Source: a virus
Lineage: Duplodnaviria > Caudoviricetes
IMG/VR virus record: IMGVR_UViG_3300034411_000581
Coordinates: 1 to 25,070 of that record
Length of the DNA stretch: 25,070 bases
Direction: 5' to 3' (one strand)
Below the pieces are notes generated by a model, which did not search any database, was not told where the DNA came from, and worked only from the letters and a program-made list of their open reading frames with translations. Shown in pieces: positions 9,901-19,000 of the stretch; positions within the stretch are counted from its first letter, which is position 1, and every line of letters begins with the position of its first letter. Made by a program: the position numbers and the translations under genes.

Positions 9901-11237
9901 AGCGTATCGGAAAGGGTGTTAAGGTTTCTAGTGTAATAGAAAATGAGTACAAACAAGAACGCCGTAAGGCAGGTTTAATATACAGCGGTTTATTTAATAA
10001 CACTAGTGGGTTAAATGAGCTTAATCAGTTTATCCAAGGTCTTAAAATAACAAAAGACTTAAACCCCATATATGGTGGCATACAAATTTTAAAAGCTAGA
10101 GATACTGACTTAGTGACTCTTTGTGAAGACAAATGCTTTAGAATACAAGCTAATAAAGATGCGTTATTTACAGCAGACGGTAACCCTAATGTTACGTCTA
10201 CAAATAATGTGCTTGGTCAAACAATGGCATATGCGGGTGAATTTGGTATATCTAATAATCCTGAATCGTTTACTACATATGGATTCAGATCTTACTTTAC
10301 AGATAAAGCAAGAGGGACGGTAATACGGCTATCAATGGACGGCATTACGGAAATAGCTGAAAAAGGCATGTCCGATTACTTTGAAGACAAGTTTAAATCG
10401 CACACAGGTGCTATTTTAGGCTCATATGATGAGGCTTCTGGTTCTTACAATATAAGTTTAAGCGGTGACGAATCCGTTGCATTTAAAGAAGGCGTGAACG
10501 GTTGGACATCAAGATTTTCTTTTGTGCCTGAAGCGGCTATATCGTTAAACAACGATTATTACACTATGAAAAATGGTGAACTGTGGGTGCACAACAGCGC
10601 AACGCGTTCTAATTTTTACGGCACTCAAGCTAATTCTACGGTAACCCCTATATTTAACGATGCGCCATCTAGTATTAAAAACTTTAAAACGCTATCTTAC
10701 GAAGGTGACACCGGCTGGGTTGCAGATGTACTTACAGACCAGCAAGACGGAGAAGTAGAAGCTTGGAAAAAGAAAGAGAATCTTTACTTTAACTATATTA
10801 AAGGGAAGGCTACTACGCTGTCAAATATTGATTCAGGCGAATTTGCAGTGCAAGGGTTAGGAAATCCAACAAGTACTGAAGAAGATGCTGCTACTATTGA
10901 TGGTGCTAGTGTACAAACTTATAATCTTGTTTTTCCAAGAGCACTAAATGTTTCTTTACAAAAAGGAGACAAAGTATATTTTGCTGACGCTAGCGCTAGT
11001 GATGCTGTAAAAATTATAGGTACTTGCGGTATTGTAAATGGAAATACTGTAACGGTTATATGGGAAGCTCCTTTTAACGAACCGGTTGCTCAAGACTTTA
11101 TATTCTTTGTAAAAGACACGGAAAAGAACACGTCGGGTATAATAGGTTACCATGCGTCCGTTGAAATGAAAACAACTAGCTCCGACAAAAAAGAGCTCTT
11201 TGCTGTTAACTCTGAGGTGTTTATCAGCAGTGAATAA
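6948..11237 (+). CDS. Tail stabilization / nozzle (muzzle-like) protein (1429 aa)
   Basis: N-terminus FVQGKMNKDLDERLVPPGQYRDALN and motifs WTDNLNEPRKI, YQVGIVYVDENGRETPV, YAGEFGISNNPESF, YFTDKARGTVIRLS are typical of the beta-propeller stabilization proteins (P22 gp10-like) of crAss-like/Bacteroidota podoviruses. Confidence 0.75.
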   Translation: MPKLAHNFVQGKMNKDLDERLVPPGQYRDALNIQVSTSEGSDVGAVENILGNTKLNKKSSSVNWGANFGLTSAKCIGTARDTQNNKLYWFVTSASVDAILEYDEATGFVAPILVDTGTVLNFNTANFITGVNVFEGLLCWTDNLNEPRKILISRFKAGSTQSGTSINTHTQVYSRPFVASDITVIKKKPNERLHYTAASSTRTGNGVGINRVTTPKNFTETYNAVKVPREVGSSVSFVTSLAPNWQANDIITLTGFEFNNERNLNDKYQVRVKVTSITGSALKNVTGTILSISSDMPDLEITWECELQEDPPMFEFSFPRFAYRWKYIDGEVSAFSPWTNAVFVPDTFEYGSFDAYNEGMRNNLRKLTLNNFETPPADVDKLQILYKDSSENIIYKIEEKSAAVTSIAITSEVVTNVVDSNQILRPYDNVPIKALAQEVIGNRIVYGNYVQQYDIIDEVDLTVGLQSSNITTVKTPEESVKSLRDYQVGIVYVDENGRETPVFTNSYATTKIGIDKASKVNKITADSGQDAPSWATHFKYYVKEVSNEYYNVSLDRYYADPDGFMWLSIPSAERNKVQEGDFLILKKQHNSDTPVDEPTRYKVIDISNEAPEPIKTRRKFKVSAGCTRGSDAARIASGLKTFKFVGPNPNAGNAEFVSSLNQDVYVRFVSGINKTAFYEVETAGFTNDASNHYEVTLNKKLSTYTWLGSATNITVEVHERRTDILPEYIGRFFVKIDRDMAFDENIIYNFTNNPGDYQQDGTANPGVLVDTISDDPDVDNIFLVQQGWDEHANAQPSVTLYGKPTLNSYNFGIIHAPWDSSTPIGGAGLQSFNTKAVANAIVQFREGSGSWGTLYEIESVTKGSYVRGQGTGGTTQGNDENGYYWNFVLKTAFSEDIDPDQVRVAVRKRTQPTVFDEDSDVLPTENPAIFEVEPNPAVDLELYYEATEALPIANLSTEQTLDYFNSYSFGNGVESDRIRDDFNAKRIGKGVKVSSVIENEYKQERRKAGLIYSGLFNNTSGLNELNQFIQGLKITKDLNPIYGGIQILKARDTDLVTLCEDKCFRIQANKDALFTADGNPNVTSTNNVLGQTMAYAGEFGISNNPESFTTYGFRSYFTDKARGTVIRLSMDGITEIAEKGMSDYFEDKFKSHTGAILGSYDEASGSYNISLSGDESVAFKEGVNGWTSRFSFVPEAAISLNNDYYTMKNGELWVHNSATRSNFYGTQANSTVTPIFNDAPSSIKNFKTLSYEGDTGWVADVLTDQQDGEVEAWKKKENLYFNYIKGKATTLSNIDSGEFAVQGLGNPTSTEEDAATIDGASVQTYNLVFPRALNVSLQKGDKVYFADASASDAVKIIGTCGIVNGNTVTVIWEAPFNEPVAQDFIFFVKDTEKNTSGIIGYHASVEMKTTSSDKKELFAVNSEVFISSE

Positions 11238-11277
11238 TACGTAATAATGAATAATAACTTAATATAATACAAACGCC

Positions 11278-11943
11278 ATGTTAATAGACAGCGTAATTCA
11301 AGGGGGTGTAGGAATTGCTTCCGGTATTATAGGTCATAAGAAAAGAAAGCAAGAGCAGAAAGATGCTCAAGCTCAGTTTGATCAAAACATGACAAAATAC
11401 CAATCCCAAGATCTATCAAACCCGTATGCTAATATGGAGAATGTTTATGAGGATTTAACCGTAAACACTCAAGCAGCCGACTTTGCAGCACAACAACAAG
11501 CTCAAGGTATGGCTAATACTATGCAAAGCATGAAAGGCGCGGCTGGTGGTAGTGGTATTGCTGCATTAGCACAGGCAATGGCCGGACAGCAATCACAGAA
11601 TGCTCAAAGTGCTTCTGCTGATATAGCTAGACAAGAAGCAGGTAATCAAAAAGCACAAGCTCAGATGGCTGGTCAATTGCAATCTATGGAACGCGAAGGC
11701 GATATGATTTCAAGAAGCTTGAAACGCGAACAATACGAAACAGAGTTAGGAATGAGTCAGCAAAGACTTGGTGCAGCCAACTTAGCACGTCAAGAAGCTA
11801 CACAAGCTCTTGTCGGGGGAATTGGTCAAGTTGCGGGCGGTGTAATAAAAGCCAATCCTGCTGCAGCGGCAATGGGTGCCCAGGCAGGATCAGGTAAAGG
11901 TATTGCTGGATTTATCGGTAATCTCATGAACCCAGCAGGATAA
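11278..11943 (+). CDS. Putative internal virion / ejection protein 1 (221 aa)
   Basis: Q/A/G/M-rich and helical with Gly-rich hydrophobic ends (GGVGIASGIIG; ALVGGIGQVAGG); directly after the nozzle gene, like small podovirus ejection proteins. Confidence 0.55.
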   Translation: MLIDSVIQGGVGIASGIIGHKKRKQEQKDAQAQFDQNMTKYQSQDLSNPYANMENVYEDLTVNTQAADFAAQQQAQGMANTMQSMKGAAGGSGIAALAQAMAGQQSQNAQSASADIARQEAGNQKAQAQMAGQLQSMEREGDMISRSLKREQYETELGMSQQRLGAANLARQEATQALVGGIGQVAGGVIKANPAAAAMGAQAGSGKGIAGFIGNLMNPAG

Positions 11944-11945
11944 TT

Positions 11946-13046
11946 ATGGCAAATAGTGATTTAATAAAAGGTGCAGGGTTTGTTGCAAAGTCAGAAGGTT
12001 TTGTGAATTATGCGGAAGCTATTAATGTTCCCAACCCAAGGCAAGGGGCAAACTTTTTTGTAGAAGAAGAAAAACGCAAGCAGGCTACAAAGTCGCGGGT
12101 AAACGGTTATATAGATAACCTTAAATCTGACATTGACTTAGACGGGCTAAGCCCAGAACAAACATCAGCGATGCGAGGCTTTTTAGTTTCGCAACGTTCT
12201 ATATATGCTAATGCTGCAAACGAGATTGCTAAGATTGACGATGCTTCATCACCTGAGTACCAGCAGTACGCAGATATAATGAATGACGTAAACCGTAGCT
12301 TTGTTAGTTTATCTGAAGAAGTTAAGGCTTATAAAGAAGCTAAAGTAAATTATGCTGAAACACATCAAGCTGATCTTTACTCTAACGCTGCATCTGGATC
12401 AGAAATTCAGACTGCTGCGTCTTTATACGGTTTAGATCCTGAAGTACCTGCTTCTTTTTCTGTTGGGGAGGGCGGTCATATAATGTTTGAAGTTAACGGT
12501 GAGACTCAATCGTATAAAGATTATAAAGAGCCTATGCTGAAAGACTATAAAACAATGAATAGCCTTTTAGAAACTACAAACCGAATTTTCAACGCTGGCC
12601 AAAAGCTTGATGGATATAAAGCACAGCTTCTAGGTACGCAGGTTGAAGCCATGCTTGCAAATCCTAATACTATAAAATCTATATTAGCAGGAGACTTTGC
12701 GGGTAGCGGTATTGATTTAAGTGGGATTGCTTACAATCCTGAAGATGTAGCTGGTACACGTATGCAGGTTAAAGACGCTATAATGGGTGCTTTAACACAA
12801 GTTGCTAATGAAGGTTATGCTGAAAAAGAAAGAAAGACTAGAAAAAGAAATAACCCGAAAAATACTACTAATTCTAGTAGTGGCAAAGATTATACCGAAA
12901 GATGGGCTGACGTAGATAAAGCGCCCGGAGTTCCTCAAAAAATTAGTGGCCACACTGTAGTAGCAAATCCTGATGACCCAAACGTATATGAAGTAGACGG
13001 TATAATGATGGATAAAGAAACAGCATTAGATATTGTAACTAACTAA
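11946..13046 (+). CDS. Putative internal virion / ejection protein 2 (366 aa)
   Basis: Mostly helical ORF 2 nt after the previous gene and before the giant protein; function inferred from position only. Confidence 0.45.
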   Translation: MANSDLIKGAGFVAKSEGFVNYAEAINVPNPRQGANFFVEEEKRKQATKSRVNGYIDNLKSDIDLDGLSPEQTSAMRGFLVSQRSIYANAANEIAKIDDASSPEYQQYADIMNDVNRSFVSLSEEVKAYKEAKVNYAETHQADLYSNAASGSEIQTAASLYGLDPEVPASFSVGEGGHIMFEVNGETQSYKDYKEPMLKDYKTMNSLLETTNRIFNAGQKLDGYKAQLLGTQVEAMLANPNTIKSILAGDFAGSGIDLSGIAYNPEDVAGTRMQVKDAIMGALTQVANEGYAEKERKTRKRNNPKNTTNSSSGKDYTERWADVDKAPGVPQKISGHTVVANPDDPNVYEVDGIMMDKETALDIVTN

Positions 13047-13063
13047 AAATTCATTTAAAAAAT

Positions 13064-16000
13064 ATGGATCTTAGTAAACTTAGTCCCGAAAAACTGCAAA
13101 ATATAGCAGATATGAACGGTGTAACCGTTGAAGAGCTATTAGCAAAAGCAAGTGGCGGTGCGGGAAAGCAGAACGACTTGATGGAAACAGACCCGCCAAC
13201 AAGTCAGAATACAGAAACGTCCGCTGGGGAATCCAGTTCGGGCGATATTTCTTTGGGGTCACCCGAAACTGATTTAGTCCAAAAATCTAAAGAAGCAATA
13301 AAAAATATAAAGTTGTCTACCGAAGAAATTCAGGATATAGAAATAAAAGCAACTGAAGATTTAAGGATAGAGCTCGCGGCTACTAATAATATAGCTATTG
13401 ACGCGGTTACAGATGAACAACTTTCGGAGTTACTGCCTTCTAAAATACAAAATTTAAAATCACAGGCTTTATCTAATAAGATAGAGCCGATAATGAAAGA
13501 TTTTGAAGATGAATCTTTAAACTTTTTTGAAGAAGGTGTTAAAGACTTAAGATTAGCTTCTGTATGGGCAAGCAAATATTTGCCTGAAGGTTTAGGTAAA
13601 ACTTTAGCAAGAGTCGGACAAGCTGCGTTTGTTACCGAAGCTGAGGTTGAAATGCAAAAAGGTAAAAAAGCTATTACAGAAGATTTTAAAAAATCACAAA
13701 CAGAAGCGGTTGCTGCTCATAATAAAGCTGCAGAAGAAATTAACAACCATGCGGTTACTATAGACGCTATAGATGTTGAGTTACAAAATTTAGAATCTAA
13801 ATACGAAAACGATCCTTATTCCGTTACGCCACAGGAACAAACTGAGTATACTGAATTAATAGAAACACGAAACGCTGCAGCAACTTCTTTAAACAATAAG
13901 CTTGCCTCGTTAGACCAGTATATTGAAGAGGCGAGCACCGCTGCTGAGGTAGTAGACATGGTTGGCCGTGCTTATCACCCGGAAGAGGTAGCCCTTAATA
14001 GAATGGAAGGCGCTACACTAAGATTAGTGGCTGGGTTAGGGGATGTTGTAAGAAACGTAAACCCTGTTAAGCTTACTGAAGTGCTAACTGGCGGATATCA
14101 GCCAAGATGGGCTGAGGTAATGGATGATGGTATTAATTCGTGGACTAATGATTTATATTCTGAAGTCCAAAATCTAGAGGCCCGCACAAGAAAAAAACAA
14201 GAGTTTCTTAAAATTGGAGAAAGTGGTAACGCTGCAGGTGACGTATTTGATTTTGCTTTAGACTTGTTTTCAGAACAAGTTGTTAATACAGCCATTACGG
14301 CTTCAATTCCAGGCGCTGGTTTATATATAGTTTCAGCAGGTGCGGCTGGTAACAAGTTTCATGAAATGGACCTTCAGATAGAAGAAGGCAAAAATATAAG
14401 TGCTGCGCAGTATTACGGTGCGGCATTTATGCATGGGGCTGGTGAATTTATTACTGAAAAAGTAACACTAGGTCAAGCAAAAGGTGCGTTTAGCGCAACC
14501 CGAAAGATGTTTGATTTACAAGCTGCTTCAGGTTTAACTAATATTGTGCCCACAGTTACGAAAGCTTTTGGTACATATGGTTTTAATATTCTTTCAGAAG
14601 CAGGTGCAGAAGGTGGCTCTCAAATTATAGGTAACATAGCGGATAAATATATTTTAAAAGAAAATATTGGTTTATACGATGGTGTAGCCGAAGCTGCTAT
14701 TTCCGGTGCATTTATGTCTGGTACGGCTTTTAGTGCCCCTGTATTAGCTGTTGACCTTACTAGAGCATTTACATACGGGCCTGAAATAAAAGCGGCTAAC
14801 ATGCGATCCAGAGAAATGATGGATCTAAAAAACAAGTTTGATAAACTGCCTGTTTCTGAAGATCCGGAAGTCAAGCAAGCCAGAGCCGCTATATTGGAAA
14901 GAATAGATGAGCTAGCAGAAGAAAACGTTCAGGCTATTAATGTTGCAGCAGCTAGGGTTGATGAATTATCACGAGCGGATAAAAGAGCGTTATTAGACAT
15001 TGACACTAAAGCTCAAAGATTTAGAGGCAAAATTGATAGTATAAACGGTAACAAAAAGCTATCTGAAGATCAAAAGAAAAAAATGATCAACAGATATTCT
15101 AATGGATTAAACCTATTAGAAAATCAAAAATCACAAATTTTTGGAAACACAGAAGCTTCTTTAGGCAGAGCTCGAGCAAAAGCTTTTCAAATGATTACTG
15201 CAGCCGAGGCTGGTTTGGATTTCAATTATATTGAAGGAGAAACATCAGCGGAAGCTATTGCAGAAGCAAAAAAATTAGTTGAAGATTCTAATTTAAGCGA
15301 AGAAGCTAAAGCAGAGTTAAATAAAAAACTAGAAGAAGCTTCTAACGAAGAAGGAATGAACGGTTTTTATCTTGGTGCTGAATTAGGTTTACCTATTGCA
15401 TTAACTACCGCGGAAGGTAAAAAACGCAATAGCTCTGTTGCGGCACACGAGGTTTCGCACGCTACTTTGTTTGCTAAATTACTAGAGGGCAACGCTGACG
15501 CGGTTGGTTTAGCTAATGATTTAGCTAGCTACTTGATCAAAAATCACGGAGCGTTAGCCGCCCGCAAGTTGCAAGGGGTTATTAATACATATACAAAAGA
15601 AAAAGGATTTACCGATGCTCAAATAGCTGAAGAAATCATGGCTGCTGCTGTAGAGCTTACTAGGCGTTTAGACTTAGATATTAGCAAAAATCAAACCTTG
15701 CAAGGCAAGTTGATGAGCCGTTGGAATAAGCTGTTTCCTAATAATAAAGAAATAACAGAAGTACGTACCGGTAAAGATGTATTAGATGCTATTATATCTT
15801 TTAACTCATCATTTGATAAAGGTGAAATGTCTGGGTTATCTAAGGACATTATAGAAGGTAAAGTAAAAGCTAGACAAACCACTGAGTCTGCAATTAAAAC
15901 AGCGCAGGCTAATATTACATATAGCAAAGACCAAGACATATCTTCAGCGGCTGATAGAGCAAAAAGGGTATTAGAAAAAGTAAGTTCTAATATGGAATTC

Positions 16001-19000
16001 TTTGACCCTAACTCTCCACTTATTGCGCGTGTACTACCAGGAATGATACAGGCACAGTTAGCTAAGCTTTCTATTAAAGGGCTGCAGTTTGACATGGACG
16101 AGGCTAACAGCGATATCATACTTAGATTATACTCTAACGGTGATATAAATAAGTTTGATGGACGCGGTACATTATATGGTTATATAAACGGTCGTATTAG
16201 TTTCCGTATTAAAGATATGCTTAAGGCTTCTGGCGAGGGCAAAAACGATATTGTTGAAGACTTCAACCAGAGCGACGTAGAGGACCTTAAAGGCGTTGCG
16301 GCTGATGTTACCACTGTAGAGCAAATAGAAGAGCGTACGGAAGCTGAGAGACCTGAATACAGGCCTCTTTTAAACAGTCGTATTGCTAAGCCTGAGCTTA
16401 TTGAAAATATATTAGCTAAAATACCTAGAATAGTAGGAACGCTAAAAAGTCGCATTGACGCGCCCGTATCTAAAAACACTACAGTTACTCCTTTAGTAAA
16501 TGAGCTAAGGTTAGCTTTAGGTAAGCAGATAGACATTGACTTGAAAAAAGCAATGGGGGGCAAAAAAGATGGTGTACTTAGAAGATTCTTAACCGATAAT
16601 AAGAAAGCCATACTTGAAAACATGACTACTACTTATTTGATGTCTGCATTCCCTGCCGCCATACAAAAGAAAGTAGATGGTGTATTTACCAGTGATTGGA
16701 AAGGTAAGAAAATTGATCGCGAAACAACTGATACTGACAATGCTGGCCGAACGTCAGGTGCTGAGATTGTGCGTAGATTACCTAATGCTTCAGTAAAAAT
16801 AGATGACAAAACATTTTTGTCTTTTATTCTTGATGAAAAGGGCAATCCATTGCGTGGTAAAAAAGAATCTCTTGCTAAAGCTATTGCTGAAGAACTGTCT
16901 ATAGAAATTATCAATCAAGAAATGCAAGATCCTGATAGCAAAATTCGTCAGGCATTCGAAGCTAATCAAGAAAGATTGGGTGCAGAGCTAGCTGATAATT
17001 TTGTAGCTAAACTTAAACTTGATTCAGAAAGAGGAAATGTAAAATACTCTATTTCGCTAGATGTTCTTCAAAATAAAGACTTTCAAAAAGAATTATCAAA
17101 GTTAACAAGCTCTATTACAATCAGCGGTCGTCAAGAGGTTATTGATGACAATTTTAAAATTATAGTAGGTCTTGAAACGCCATTTAAAAAAGAATTAGAG
17201 GTAGCATTAAAAATAATGTTAACCGAAGGGATTTTAGAAGAAGGCAAAGGCTTAGGTTTCATTAGCCAAGTTGAGTTAAACGAAAACATCCCTTCAGATG
17301 TTGTTGATGAACTAAAAAGAATTCATTTTGGCAGCAGCCCAACAAAAGGATCTTTAGCCGAGTTTGAAAAATTAGGCGAGCCTGTTGTTAATGATATAAT
17401 ACCTTTATTTCCTTATAAAATATTAAACAAATTAGGTCCTCAATTTTTTGGCGCAACCACACGTTACACTAAAATGTTTAAGGATAAAATTAAAATTTCC
17501 GGTGCTTTTGATATTAACGTGCCACGAGCTTTAAACGTAAGCTTAACACATAAATTTAATAATCCGTCTACTGGAATTTTTAAAGAAGTATATGATATTT
17601 TAGCGCTTGATATACCTGCTGCTGAAAAAATAAAATTGTTTGAAAAAAGCGAAGCCAGAAAAAAAATATTGCAAGCTAACAAGCACAATAGATTATTAGC
17701 TGTTTACGCTGCTAAAAAATTAGCAAGTACTGTACAGAAAAATTCATTTTTAGGCTGGTTAAACGGTGATAGTAACATGGGTGTAAATCCATCTACTATA
17801 TTAAGAATACTACAAGCTCAGACTAATTTAAAAGACGGATTTAGAGCTTACGGTAATATAGAATATATAACATTTAAAGATGGGCCGCAAAGCAATATTA
17901 AGTTTGAGCATGTTTTAGACAACGCTACCCTTATGGCTAAGCTAGCCAATATCATGCTTAGCGAAAGCAACCCGGACATTGCCAACATTAAAATTGAAGA
18001 GCTATTTGAAAATAATAATTTATGGGCAGAAGACAATGCTACATTAGACTTTATAGATACCGCTGGTAGAAACAACCCCCAGCAAGATGCTCGGTTACTA
18101 ATGTTACCAAAAGCGCAGCTCGATGACGTATATTATATTGGCGGAGCCACCGTTGTTAAAGCAGAGCCTATTGTAAGGCAAAAAGTAGAAGCTAATAAAG
18201 CAAAAGCTTCATTAAAAATAGATTATGAAGCTTTAGTGCGTTCAAAAAATAGTTTAAAACAAGGCACTCTTTTTTCATTATCTACGCCTCAAGCTATTTT
18301 TATGGTAGGTGGACCTGGTGCTGGAAAATCTAGCGTTATTGCCGGATTAAATTTAGTAGAAGATGGTTACCGTCTTATTAACCAAGACCCTTATTTAGAA
18401 AAATACATTAAAGAAGCAGGTCTTCCAACAGATGAAAAAACTTACGATAAAGAGCAAAGATCTTTACGTGCTAAATTAGGCTGGAAAGCTAGAAAAGCTG
18501 CAGAAGAAGATTTAGCTAATAATACTGCCGCTAAAGAAAGTATGGTTGTTGACGGCACTGGCGCTTCTTATAAAGCTACAACTAAAAAGATGAAAGCTTT
18601 AGAGGATGCAGGATATGAGGTGCATATGATATTCGTAAATACCAGCAAAGAAGTTGCGGTACAAAGAAATAGAATGCGCGCGGAAAGATCGTTAGCAGAT
18701 TTTATAGTTACAAAAACATGGGATAACGTACAAGAAAGTGTTGCTAAATACAGAGAGGATTACGGCAGCAGGTTCTACGGTATTGAAATGGATAACTTAA
18801 AATTTGGAGAAGCACTTCCTTCAAGCTTTGTAGAATCTGTAAAAGGAGGTTTAAACAAATCAAAAACGCAGTACTCGCTCTCCCTTAGCGAAGAGTTTAA
18901 TAATATGGTGGAACGCACTAAAGGTGTTGAAGCTGATAAAGTATACTCTGCTGCTCAAGCGCGTATGCAAGGTGAAAGAAAAGGTAAGTACCGTTTATTT

